A stretch of DNA of 64,000 nt, taken from an uncultured bacterium (lineage in GTDB: Bacteria; Patescibacteriota; Patescibacteriia; UBA9570; XYC2-FULL-38-9). How positions within the stretch are numbered: position 1 is the stretch's first letter; each line of letters starts with the position of its first letter. Location of the stretch: positions 64,001 to 128,000 of the forward strand of contig CALKUP010000006.1 in NCBI GenBank assembly GCA_937996685.1. Direction: 5' to 3'. Both the position numbers and the translations under genes were made by a program. The notes under the pieces are model-generated. The model worked only from the letters and a program-made list of their open reading frames with translations, did not search any database and had not been told where the DNA came from. Shown here piece by piece: positions 37,203 through 45,382 of the stretch.

Positions 37203-37391
37203 GCTGTCTCCTTCCTGCGTATGCAGCAAACGCCCATCTCGTGGGCGTTATCTCTGTTTTTTCAATTTTCAATTCAGTCGTGTGCAATGGGATCTCCATT
37301 GCGCTTTCCACACTGAACGATGTGCCAACCTTACACCATTTTTTTCTTAAAAGTCAACAATAAATGTGCGTAACTTTTTTACAAAATATCA

Positions 37392-37420
37392 TTGACCTTT
37401 TTCTTATTTCCGCGTAGGCT
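37392..37420 (+). promoter_or_regulatory. Actinobacteria-style promoter TTGACC-17-TAGGCT for the rdgB-like gene
   Basis: TTGACC at 37392-37397, 17-nt spacer, TAGGCT (TANNNT) at 37415-37420. GGAGAA SD 8 nt before ATG 37461. Confidence 0.4.
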
Positions 37421-37460
37421 GACCGCGCACATTTCACAACCTTTCGACTGGAGAACGCGC

Positions 37461-38141
37461 ATGCACAACGCACTGTCTGCATATACCGCTGTCGTCGCAA
37501 CCGGTAACGGCGGCAAGTCAGAAGAAGTTTTGCGGATTCTCGCACGACTCGGGATTCGCGCCGTGACACTCGAGAGCCTCGGGTTCGCTGTCCTCGACGT
37601 CGAGGAGACCCAGACAACCTACACCGGTAACGCGCGCCTCAAGGCGAACGCGCATTTCGACCAGCACAGCCGAGACATCACCGAGAAACTCGGCAAAGAG
37701 ACCTGGTTCTTGGTCTGCGAAGACTTCGGGCTCGCAGTGGATGCGCTGCTCTGTCTTGCAACAACAGAGCAGGGGTACACCGGCTTCCCTGGCCTCTACA
37801 CCCGGAGGTTTCACCCCGGAACCGACGCTGATCGGGCACGAAAAGTCCTTTATCTACTGAAGCAACGCTGGGCTGCCGTTCGGACTGCAAAATTCTTCTG
37901 CGGCGTGGCACTCCGCGGCCCTGGAATCGACCTAGCTGAGCTCCGGCTCTGCAACGGACAGATCACCATCGAGCCGCGAGGAGATCAGTCAAGCTTTCCG
38001 CTTGACCAAATCTTCATTCCGAGCCTGGACCGCGAGGCACGCACCTTCGGGGAAATGCGCCCGGAAGCGAAGGATCGGATCAGTGCTCGTGGCCTGGCTG
38101 TTCGGGCCGTGGTCGAAGAGCTGTTGAAGAAATTGGCGTAA
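37461..38141 (+). CDS. rdgB: Non-canonical purine NTP pyrophosphatase (RdgB/HAM1 ITPase family), high-GC island
   Basis: AVVATGNGGKSEE (ATGNxGKxxE motif) and FIPSLDREARTFGEMRPEAKDRISARG C-terminal motif. Start ATG 37461 (track ORF from 37392). Confidence 0.8.
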   Translation: MHNALSAYTAVVATGNGGKSEEVLRILARLGIRAVTLESLGFAVLDVEETQTTYTGNARLKANAHFDQHSRDITEKLGKETWFLVCEDFGLAVDALLCLATTEQGYTGFPGLYTRRFHPGTDADRARKVLYLLKQRWAAVRTAKFFCGVALRGPGIDLAELRLCNGQITIEPRGDQSSFPLDQIFIPSLDREARTFGEMRPEAKDRISARGLAVRAVVEELLKKLA

Positions 38142-38166
38142 ACGAAAAAGAGTAGACACACTACTC
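38142..38166 (-). terminator. Rho-independent terminator of the 38221..39435 gene
   Basis: GAGTAG-ACACA-CTACTC hairpin followed on the minus strand by TTTTTCGTTT. Overlaps the rdgB stop codon region. Confidence 0.55.
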
Positions 38167-38220
38167 CTTCCTCGTTCCGCGGTCATCCAAGACTCAACAT
38201 CTTGGCGGCCGCATATTTTT

Positions 38221-39435
38221 TTATTGAAACACCGAACCTTTTGCGATAACGCCGTTTCCGACACGTTCAACCAACACACTCGACAACGACGTGACTGACC
38301 CCTGTGAACCAAAGCCACTATTTGTCATATTCACCACAACTGGATCACCAGACTCTGTAAAATCAACAACCACGTATAACGTGTCATCTGCAAAGAATAA
38401 AATATCACCTGAACGATAGCCACTCGTCAAAAGCGCGTCCCCTTCTGTCAGGCCGCTGGTGTGTGCAAACCACTGCTTGATATTTGCCGGACGATACGCA
38501 AAATCTTCTGCCCCGCTATCTCCTTGGTATCCATCCGGATGTTGCAGTGCATCACGATGAATCTCTTGATCGAGAAAAATCCCAAAACCACGAAACAAAC
38601 GCCACGGCATGTCATGATTTGAAATGAATCCCATTTTTTGCATAATTCTGAGCGGCACTCCTTCTGTAACATCATAATAGACACCAGTCACTGCATTCCC
38701 AGCAGTCCGTAATTCAATTGTATTATCAATCCCATCACCGTCACTATCGCCATCAATGCGATTTCGCTTGCCGTCTCCGTCCATATCTTCGTCAAGATAA
38801 TTCACAATGCCATCACTATCCACATCACCATATTGCAACATAGCAGGACCTCGATACGCATGTGCTTGTATCTGCAACAACACACCTGCCCCAATCACAA
38901 ACAATGCAACGACAACGGAAGTCAGCATGCGGTGATAATATGTGTTCACAAATTCTCGCACCAAAAAAATCAAAAACCAACTAATAAAAAATCCTTCGAT
39001 CAAAAAATTGATCAGCAATAATCGATCATTCACAAACAAGATACCGAGATCAGTCAAGCCAAAATATCGCTCATTGAGCGGGTACAAAATCCGTACATTT
39101 GACGCGATCATGTCCGTACACAGATGTGTGAATACACCGATTACAAACGTTGTCACAGCCGCAAACCATAACGGGCGCTTGAGAAAATAACACCCAAACG
39201 CGAGTACAGCCCATGCAACAATGTAGATTGGAAAGGTATGCGTGATGAGTGAGCGATGCGACACAGAGCCATCAATAAAATAGACATACAAAAAATCAAT
39301 GTCCGGAAATATTCCGCCGATAAAACCCGCGATGAGCAGCAAACGTAATTGCGAGCGACGAAAATTGAATACGCCAAACAGTCGCCAGGTTGAACGACTT
39401 GCGAGTGCGCCGAGGGGTCCATGTGCAAAAATCAT
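38221..39435 (-). CDS. Membrane-bound metal-dependent hydrolase (YdjM/DUF457-like) fused to calcium-binding DxDxDG (thrombospondin-type-3-like) repeats and a C-terminal domain of unknown function
   Basis: N-terminal polytopic HxxxD-rich region. DVDSDGIVNYLDEDMDGDGKRNRIDGDSDGDGIDN repeats. Confidence 0.45.
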   Translation of the reverse strand: MIFAHGPLGALASRSTWRLFGVFNFRRSQLRLLLIAGFIGGIFPDIDFLYVYFIDGSVSHRSLITHTFPIYIVAWAVLAFGCYFLKRPLWFAAVTTFVIGVFTHLCTDMIASNVRILYPLNERYFGLTDLGILFVNDRLLLINFLIEGFFISWFLIFLVREFVNTYYHRMLTSVVVALFVIGAGVLLQIQAHAYRGPAMLQYGDVDSDGIVNYLDEDMDGDGKRNRIDGDSDGDGIDNTIELRTAGNAVTGVYYDVTEGVPLRIMQKMGFISNHDMPWRLFRGFGIFLDQEIHRDALQHPDGYQGDSGAEDFAYRPANIKQWFAHTSGLTEGDALLTSGYRSGDILFFADDTLYVVVDFTESGDPVVVNMTNSGFGSQGSVTSLSSVLVERVGNGVIAKGSVFQ

Positions 39436-39453
39436 AGTCTTATATATAACACA

Positions 39454-40830
39454 TTACTTGTGAGGGTGAAACGTATGACGAAATCGATAATAGAAGGCTG
39501 TGCCAAAAATAATGAAAATACCGATTGTTTCCGGCTTGAATAACCACACTGTCCAATTCTTATCAGCAACAAGCAGGATATAGATATTTGTTAAAAACAG
39601 AGCAATCATTCCGATAAAAAACGGCGCGTGCTCAGACACCCACAGATGCTTCCATGTTTTCAGGCGATTCCAGCGCACTGTTGCAAGTATCGGACTTGAA
39701 AGCTGTGATACTGACCAGACAAAAAACGGGAGAAAAAATAAATGAAACTGCCGATGCGATGCCGCAGCAAATAACAATAAAAAACTCATCGCAATTGTGT
39801 AATCTAGCACCCAATACGCATGAGTCTTGAGAATTTGGCCGGTCCACCATTCGCGTACATACAACCCGCCGATAACCGCTGCACACAACAAACCAATTGC
39901 CTGCACGCTCACTTTCAAGATGCGGTAGATATCCCACTCTCCTTGCTTGGTAACGCGCTTTCCAAGAAAGGTTTCACGACCTTCTAGGCCGGCGTGATAT
40001 GACGCCTGCAACGTTGTTCCGTCTTGAATGCGCCCAAGGTCGCCAGAGACTGCCGCACCGTGCACACCGAGCGCATATTGTACAACTTGTTTCGGCGGAT
40101 AGATCACACAACTCACTAACACAATACAGAGCACCGCTACACTGAGCGATCCAAGCATCTGCCATTGTTTGCGCAACAACAAGACTGGTACAAATCCAAT
40201 TGAAAAATATTTTATCACTGCAACAATGCCGAGTAGTGCACCACCAAGCAGTGAAAGGGAGCGAGCCACTTTTGGAGCCATCTGTTTGCTCAGCGGAATC
40301 CCAGCAATCACAATCCCGAGCAATAAAAAGCCGTTGACTTGCCCGGTTTGAATCAGTTTGCGAACCGGCTCGCCAAATGCAAGCACAGCAAAAAGCAATG
40401 TATACCGCAGCTGAAATGGATCAGCCGACGCCCAATATCGAACAGACAAATAATATGACGCAATCACAGACAACACACTTGCATACATCCAGAGCTTCCA
40501 AGCATGCTGATATGAAAATAGCGCGAGCGGCGAAAATAACCATGCTGATGATAGAGAATAAATATATTTCGTTCCACCACTTTGTCGACGCACTGACGCG
40601 ATCGCTTCTTTATATACAGGACGATTAAAAATATCTTGCGGTGACAAATTCATCTGATGCGTCACTGTTGCCGCTGTCACATAAAACACAGCAAAATCCG
40701 TTCGACCATATCCTTGACGTCGAAATCGATCAGCCGAATAGATGCAAAAATACCAGACAAATGTTACACACACAATTGCGGCAATGACATATTTCCAGCG
40801 GGTTTGTAAAACAGAAGAAAGAGACGACAT
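39454..40830 (-). CDS. DUF2029 / GT87-like polytopic membrane glycosyltransferase (GT-C fold candidate)
   Basis: 458 aa, about 11 TM. N-terminal loop with RTDFAVFYVTAA resembling the DUF2029 motif. Confidence 0.45.
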   Translation of the reverse strand: MSSLSSVLQTRWKYVIAAIVCVTFVWYFCIYSADRFRRQGYGRTDFAVFYVTAATVTHQMNLSPQDIFNRPVYKEAIASVRRQSGGTKYIYSLSSAWLFSPLALFSYQHAWKLWMYASVLSVIASYYLSVRYWASADPFQLRYTLLFAVLAFGEPVRKLIQTGQVNGFLLLGIVIAGIPLSKQMAPKVARSLSLLGGALLGIVAVIKYFSIGFVPVLLLRKQWQMLGSLSVAVLCIVLVSCVIYPPKQVVQYALGVHGAAVSGDLGRIQDGTTLQASYHAGLEGRETFLGKRVTKQGEWDIYRILKVSVQAIGLLCAAVIGGLYVREWWTGQILKTHAYWVLDYTIAMSFLLLFAAASHRQFHLFFLPFFVWSVSQLSSPILATVRWNRLKTWKHLWVSEHAPFFIGMIALFLTNIYILLVADKNWTVWLFKPETIGIFIIFGTAFYYRFRHTFHPHK

Positions 40831-40839
40831 GGAATAAAA

Positions 40840-41406
40840 TTATGCTTGCGGAAGCTGCATTAAATTTTGCAATTCACTGACTTGTGTCTGCACCGCTGTG
40901 TCATCAAGTTGTTGCATTGCGGCCTGCAATACATCGGTGATTTTTTGGAACTGCGGATCGGCTTGCTGGCGTGGGATAATATGAATTTCCAAATGGTCAG
41001 CTACTTGCACTTCTGGTGTGCCATCGCTCATCACCAATGTAAAACCAGGCGCGTTGGTTTGTCGCATAGCAATAAATGACACCTTTTTAATAAGGTATCC
41101 AAATTCTTCTAATTGATCGAGATCAAAACTATAGAAATGTGGGTCGTGATTTTTCGGAACAATGACAACATGACCGTGCGTTGCTGGCGTGCGACTCACA
41201 AGCACACGAAACAGTTTTGTTTCATAAAATTGTGCAAGCGGCGCAGTAGCTGCGGAAGCACAATATTCACAAGGAGTCGAAACAGGCGCTGTCGGAATCG
41301 CTGAATCTGCAGCAACAACTGGAGCTGGGGCACTTTGTGGCTGCGTCGGCGCAGAAGGTTGCACGGCAGCGTCTGTGTTTGGGACAAATGTCGGTGTATC
41401 AGGCAT
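40840..41406 (-). CDS. HIT-family (histidine triad-like) hydrolase with a Pro/Ala-rich N-terminal extension and a variant triad
   Basis: CEYCA ... FRVLVSRTPATHGHVVIVPKNH ... HLEIHIIPR. The motif reads H-x-E-x-H rather than H-x-H-x-H. Confidence 0.55.
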   Translation of the reverse strand: MPDTPTFVPNTDAAVQPSAPTQPQSAPAPVVAADSAIPTAPVSTPCEYCASAATAPLAQFYETKLFRVLVSRTPATHGHVVIVPKNHDPHFYSFDLDQLEEFGYLIKKVSFIAMRQTNAPGFTLVMSDGTPEVQVADHLEIHIIPRQQADPQFQKITDVLQAAMQQLDDTAVQTQVSELQNLMQLPQA

Positions 41407-41420
41407 ACGAATAGTATACC

Positions 41421-41446
41421 AAAAAAAAATAGGTCTTCAAAGACCT
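41421..41446 (-). terminator. Rho-independent terminator of rpmG
   Basis: AGGTCTT-CA-AAGACCT hairpin overlapping the rpmG stop, followed on the minus strand by a T9 tract (plus 41421-41430 A-run). Confidence 0.65.
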
Positions 41447-41603
41447 ATTTTCTTTCCTTATGGTTGGTGTGTTGTTTGCAACGTTTGCAGAACTTGTTTT
41501 TTTCGAGACGGATACCACGGAATTTTTTTACGTTCTTGTTTTCGTGGTAGTTGATCTCGTCGCAAGTAGTGCACGCGAGTTTGATGAGATTATCTTGTGA
41601 CAT
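41445..41603 (-). CDS. rpmG: 50S ribosomal protein L33
   Basis: Manual translation MSQDNLIKLACTTCDEINYHENKNVKKFRGIRLEKNKFCKRCKQHTNHKERK (52 aa, CxxC...CxxC zinc ribbon). Below the track ORF size cutoff. Confidence 0.85.
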   Translation of the reverse strand: MSQDNLIKLACTTCDEINYHENKNVKKFRGIRLEKNKFCKRCKQHTNHKERK

Positions 41604-41637
41604 ATAGTTAAACTTATAACAGCTCGATATTATCCGG

Positions 41638-41710
41638 AGCCACTTGTCGGGCTCGAACCGACGACCTACGGTTTACAAAACCGTTGCTCTACCAGCTGAG
41701 CTAAAGTGGC
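41638..41710 (-). tRNA. tRNA-Thr (anticodon TGT)
   Basis: Manual fold: acceptor GCCACTT/AAGTGGC, D-arm GCTC-AGCTGGTA-GAGC, anticodon stem ACGGT/ACCGT with loop TTTGTAA, T-arm GTCGG-TTCGAGC-CCGAC. Confidence 0.8.
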
Positions 41711-41746
41711 GGAGACTCCGTTGTGTTTTCTGGAAAAAACACTGTG

Positions 41747-41828
41747 TGGGCCGGGAGGGACTCGAACCCCCGAAGGCGTAGCCATCTGGTCTACAGCCAG
41801 ACCCATTTGACCGCTTTGGTACCGACCC
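41747..41828 (-). tRNA. tRNA-Tyr (anticodon GTA) with long variable arm
   Basis: Acceptor GGGTCGG/CCGGCCC, anticodon stem TCTGG/CCAGA with loop CTGTAGA, 13-nt variable arm, T-loop TTCGAGT. Confidence 0.8.
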
Positions 41829-41851
41829 AGAACTTGTAAAATAGCTGTATG

Positions 41852-41880
41852 AGCATACAATATTTCAGAAAATGCGTCAA
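41852..41880 (-). promoter_or_regulatory. Sigma70-like promoter TTGACG-17-TATGCT for the tRNA-Tyr/tRNA-Thr (and probably rpmG) transcript
   Basis: Minus-strand TTGACG (plus 41875-41880, overlapping the rlmN stop), 17-nt spacer, TATGCT (plus 41852-41857). Confidence 0.45.
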
Positions 41881-42965
41881 CTCGCTTGCTCCATGCGGTT
41901 TTTTAAAGCCTCTTTTGCCTTCTCTGCCTGCATGTTTTTGACAACTAATTGACCGCACGCCGCTTCAATATCCAGTCCTTTTGAGTACCGAATCGTTGTT
42001 GTGATTCCGCCGGCTTCACAAATCCGCGCAAACTCCTCGATGTGTTCATGTGTACTACGTTCGAGATGCTTCCCTGTTGCGTTCCACGGAATTAAATTCA
42101 ATTTCACCGAGTCGTGGATCTTTGCGAACACTTTCACAAGAGCACGCGCCTCAGAATGCATATCGTTAACACCATTCAACATCACATACTCAACCGTAAC
42201 ATGATGTCGTCGGTTGCCGTATGTATCAAGATATCGTTCCATCCAGTCAACAATTTTTGCAATTGTCCATGCACGATGTGATGGCACAATCTGCGACCGG
42301 GTTTCGTCTGTCCCTGCGTGCAATGAAAACGCAATACGCACATGCGGAAATGAGTCGTCTTTCAATAACCGATTCAAGATCACCGGAACCCCAACAGTCG
42401 ACACTGTGATACGCGTCGCGCCAATTCCCAGCTCATCAATCAAGATGCGCACCACTTCTTTCACCACTTCATAATTTGCAAGCGGCTCTCCCATGCCCAT
42501 AAACACGATGTTTGAAATCTCCTCTTCCGGGCGCGCAAATTTCCAAAAACGCACTTGGTCAACAATTTCATCAACACTTAAATTCCGGATCATTCCCATG
42601 GTTCCTGTTGCACAAAATGTACACGCCATTGCACAACCAACTTGCGAACTCACACAAATCGTGCGCTTCCCACGAGCGTTCGGCATGAATACACTTTCAA
42701 TTTTTTGACCGTCCTGTAGCGTCATGAGTGACTTTTGCGTGCCGTCGCGTGGTGAAGTTGCAATTTCAGAGCCAACCAAAGAAAGCCACGGGAACGCACC
42801 TTTTAACTCTTGTCGCAACTCTTTTGAAATCGTCGAAACAACATCCCATGATTCAGCATCGTACCAGGCTGTTGCAATTTGTGTGTATCGATATTCTGGC
42901 TCTTTTCTTTCAACAAGAAACGCGCGAATACGCTCAAGGGTTGAACTCGTATCTACTGTATTCAT
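41877..42965 (-). CDS. rlmN: 23S rRNA (adenine2503-C2)-methyltransferase RlmN (radical SAM)
   Basis: CAMACTFCATG radical-SAM CxxxCxxC, GMGEPLAN, and C-terminal IEAACGQL motifs. Start ATG 42965 (MNTVDTSSTLERIRAF). Confidence 0.85.
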   Translation of the reverse strand: MNTVDTSSTLERIRAFLVERKEPEYRYTQIATAWYDAESWDVVSTISKELRQELKGAFPWLSLVGSEIATSPRDGTQKSLMTLQDGQKIESVFMPNARGKRTICVSSQVGCAMACTFCATGTMGMIRNLSVDEIVDQVRFWKFARPEEEISNIVFMGMGEPLANYEVVKEVVRILIDELGIGATRITVSTVGVPVILNRLLKDDSFPHVRIAFSLHAGTDETRSQIVPSHRAWTIAKIVDWMERYLDTYGNRRHHVTVEYVMLNGVNDMHSEARALVKVFAKIHDSVKLNLIPWNATGKHLERSTHEHIEEFARICEAGGITTTIRYSKGLDIEAACGQLVVKNMQAEKAKEALKNRMEQAS

Positions 42966-43003
42966 GCGTCGATTTGTATCAATATACCGCTGAAAAGTCA
43001 ACG

Positions 43004-45283
43004 TTATTTTTTAATCTTTAGAGTCTTCACAGTTGAAGTGCTCTTTGAAAATTCTTCTTTATCAGCAACACCTGGTTTCCACACCGCTTTTAATTGCACC
43101 TTCTTTGAAGCCTTTAATGTCATTGTTGCCACACCACGATTATTCGTTTTGGCAACTTTTATTTTTACCCATTTTGATCCTTTCTTTTGATAGAAGGTGA
43201 TATTTTTTTTCTTGAGTAAACGAGCCGTTGATTTGTCCTTGACTGTTGCAGTGACTTTTAATTTCGTGCCCTTTTTAACAGACGATTTACTGAGCTTCAT
43301 TGAAACAGAAGCTTTTGCTTTTAGATTATATAAGCCACGAGTATTACCTGAAATCAAACCATCAAACAACAATGCGTTGAAATTTTCATTTTTCAGACCA
43401 GTGTAATACAGTCCAAAACTAACGCCATTATTTGTCGATTTATAAATAACTCCAGCATTCGATAATTTATTCACTCCACCAATATAGACATTTGTCACAC
43501 TTCCTGCATCCTGCAAGCCAATGGATCGAATTTTTGTCACATCAGCAATGCCACTCGTAATTTTTGTCCACGTCGCACCACTGTCAGTAGAGCGATAGAA
43601 ACCACTTGTTGTGTCACCTGCAGCGCCGTACGTATTAAAGTCTGCTGCTGCGGCATATAGAATCGCCGAGTTATTTGGATCAATCGCAAGAGCGGTAATT
43701 TCTTCTGCTGGAGATCCTGTCAACTTACTCCATGAACCACCTGTATATACATAGACACCTGTTTCACTCGTTGCGTTGATGCTGACATTTCCATTTCCTG
43801 CATAGAGTGTTCCGTCTGCCATCGCTGCAACACTTTGCACTGACTCATCACTTGGAAACGACAATGTTGACCAGGTCGCGCCTCCGTCAGTTGATGTGTA
43901 CACACCGCCGCTCATGGCAGCTGTTTGATTTTGATAACTTGCCGCAGCAAAGAGCACATCTGGATTTCCTGGCTTGTGAACAATTTGCAACGCCGCATAA
44001 CTCGAATTCCAACCAGTTGCTGTTGACCAGGTTGCACCACCATCATTCGAATAGATGACACTACTTTGACCACCGACAACAACATGACTTGCATTATCTG
44101 GATCAATCCACACAGTGTATGCGCCTGCTTCATATTGAATTGGGAATGTCCAATCTGGCGACGAAGTCAAAAAGTTTGTTGTCCGCGCAAGGCCTGCGTT
44201 TGTCGCAACCCACACCGTGTTTTTATCAGTCGATTGCGCAATGCCCTTCACTGTCACAGCAGTAATGCCTTCATTTGTATCTGACCATGTCACACCACGA
44301 TCGGTTGATTTTGCAAACGCAGCAAATGAACCACCGTAGATTGTATTCACGTCGTCCGGATCAGCTGTGACATATCCACTCACTCGACTAATTGGTGTTG
44401 TCTGTTGAATCTGTGACCACGTTGCTCCGTTATCATCTGAGTAATCAACACCTAAATAGATGCGACCGTTAGTATCAAAATCAACATGCGTTGCATATGG
44501 AGTTACCGGAAGCTCAGACCAACTTGTTCCACCGTTTGTTGTCATCCACGGACCAACATCAGCAGTACTTGAAATCAGAATCACCTGATTTGCGTCCGCA
44601 GGATTCACGCCCACGGTTGAGAACGTTGTTGTTACAGAACTCGTATCAATGAGAGTCCAACTCGCTCCAAAATCAATGGTCTTATACAATTGCGTCGTCG
44701 TGTTGTTTGTTGTACTCGCATACGCAGTTCCAGTAGTTGAGGTGGGCGCAATACTTTGAACCACTGACCCATCTCCAACCGCTGTTGCCGTTGTAAAAGA
44801 TATTCCACCATTTCGACTCACACTCACCTGACCATCGGTTCGTCCAATGTAGATTGCGTCATCTGCAGCAATTGCAATCGATCCGCCGTATCCAGCCGGA
44901 AAACTGGAAAGCAGTGTCCAATTTGCTCCACGGTCAGTACTTTTTAATAATCCTTCTCCCAGCACAGCATATACATTTCCCGCGCTATCAATTTCAACAC
45001 CGCGCGGTTCACCGTAATCAGTGCCTGCAGGAAGCCCGCGCCAAGTCGCGCCATTGTTCCCAGAAATATAGACACCGTTTGGTGAATAGGTTGTGATATA
45101 GATCGAATCTGAATTTGTATCAACAGCAATATCACGCACCTCACCACCATACAATCCAAGATTGGTTGCAGTTGCACGGGATTGTGAAATTGTTTCCGCA
45201 TAAACAGCTTGCGTACTGATGAACGCAGCCATTGCAAAAAGCGCAAAACTCACTCGTCGTATGAATAGAGATACAGTTTTCAT
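43004..45283 (-). CDS. Secreted BNR/Asp-box repeat beta-propeller protein with a Lys-rich C-terminal tail
   Basis: Signal peptide MKTVSLFIRRVSFALFAMAAFISTQAVYA. At least ten SxDxGxTW repeats (STDRGANW, TTNGGTSW, SDDNGATW, STDRGVTW, SNDGGATW, STDGGATW, STDSGATW). Tail ...KAVWKPGVADKEEFSKSTSTVKTLKIKK. Confidence 0.7.
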   Translation of the reverse strand: MKTVSLFIRRVSFALFAMAAFISTQAVYAETISQSRATATNLGLYGGEVRDIAVDTNSDSIYITTYSPNGVYISGNNGATWRGLPAGTDYGEPRGVEIDSAGNVYAVLGEGLLKSTDRGANWTLLSSFPAGYGGSIAIAADDAIYIGRTDGQVSVSRNGGISFTTATAVGDGSVVQSIAPTSTTGTAYASTTNNTTTQLYKTIDFGASWTLIDTSSVTTTFSTVGVNPADANQVILISSTADVGPWMTTNGGTSWSELPVTPYATHVDFDTNGRIYLGVDYSDDNGATWSQIQQTTPISRVSGYVTADPDDVNTIYGGSFAAFAKSTDRGVTWSDTNEGITAVTVKGIAQSTDKNTVWVATNAGLARTTNFLTSSPDWTFPIQYEAGAYTVWIDPDNASHVVVGGQSSVIYSNDGGATWSTATGWNSSYAALQIVHKPGNPDVLFAAASYQNQTAAMSGGVYTSTDGGATWSTLSFPSDESVQSVAAMADGTLYAGNGNVSINATSETGVYVYTGGSWSKLTGSPAEEITALAIDPNNSAILYAAAADFNTYGAAGDTTSGFYRSTDSGATWTKITSGIADVTKIRSIGLQDAGSVTNVYIGGVNKLSNAGVIYKSTNNGVSFGLYYTGLKNENFNALLFDGLISGNTRGLYNLKAKASVSMKLSKSSVKKGTKLKVTATVKDKSTARLLKKKNITFYQKKGSKWVKIKVAKTNNRGVATMTLKASKKVQLKAVWKPGVADKEEFSKSTSTVKTLKIKK

Positions 45284-45382
45284 AATACTGATTTTTTTAT
45301 TACTTTTAATTACAAAAAGTATATCACTTCTGTTTGTTGTCCGCTATTGATTTTTTTTAACAACTACGGCACACTGGCGCCT

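Noticed and set aside
35739-37316. Three long plus-strand ORFs (227, 170 and 288 aa) plus a 99-aa minus-strand ORF inside the guaB1-like gene
   Set aside because: These are antisense or alternative-frame ORFs in 62-67% GC DNA, where stop codons are rare. The translations are Arg/Ala/Pro-rich with no motifs. The minus-strand IMPDH-family frame carries all conserved motifs.
41666-41860. 64-aa minus-strand ORF from the track
   Set aside because: It lies entirely within the tRNA-Thr / tRNA-Tyr genes.
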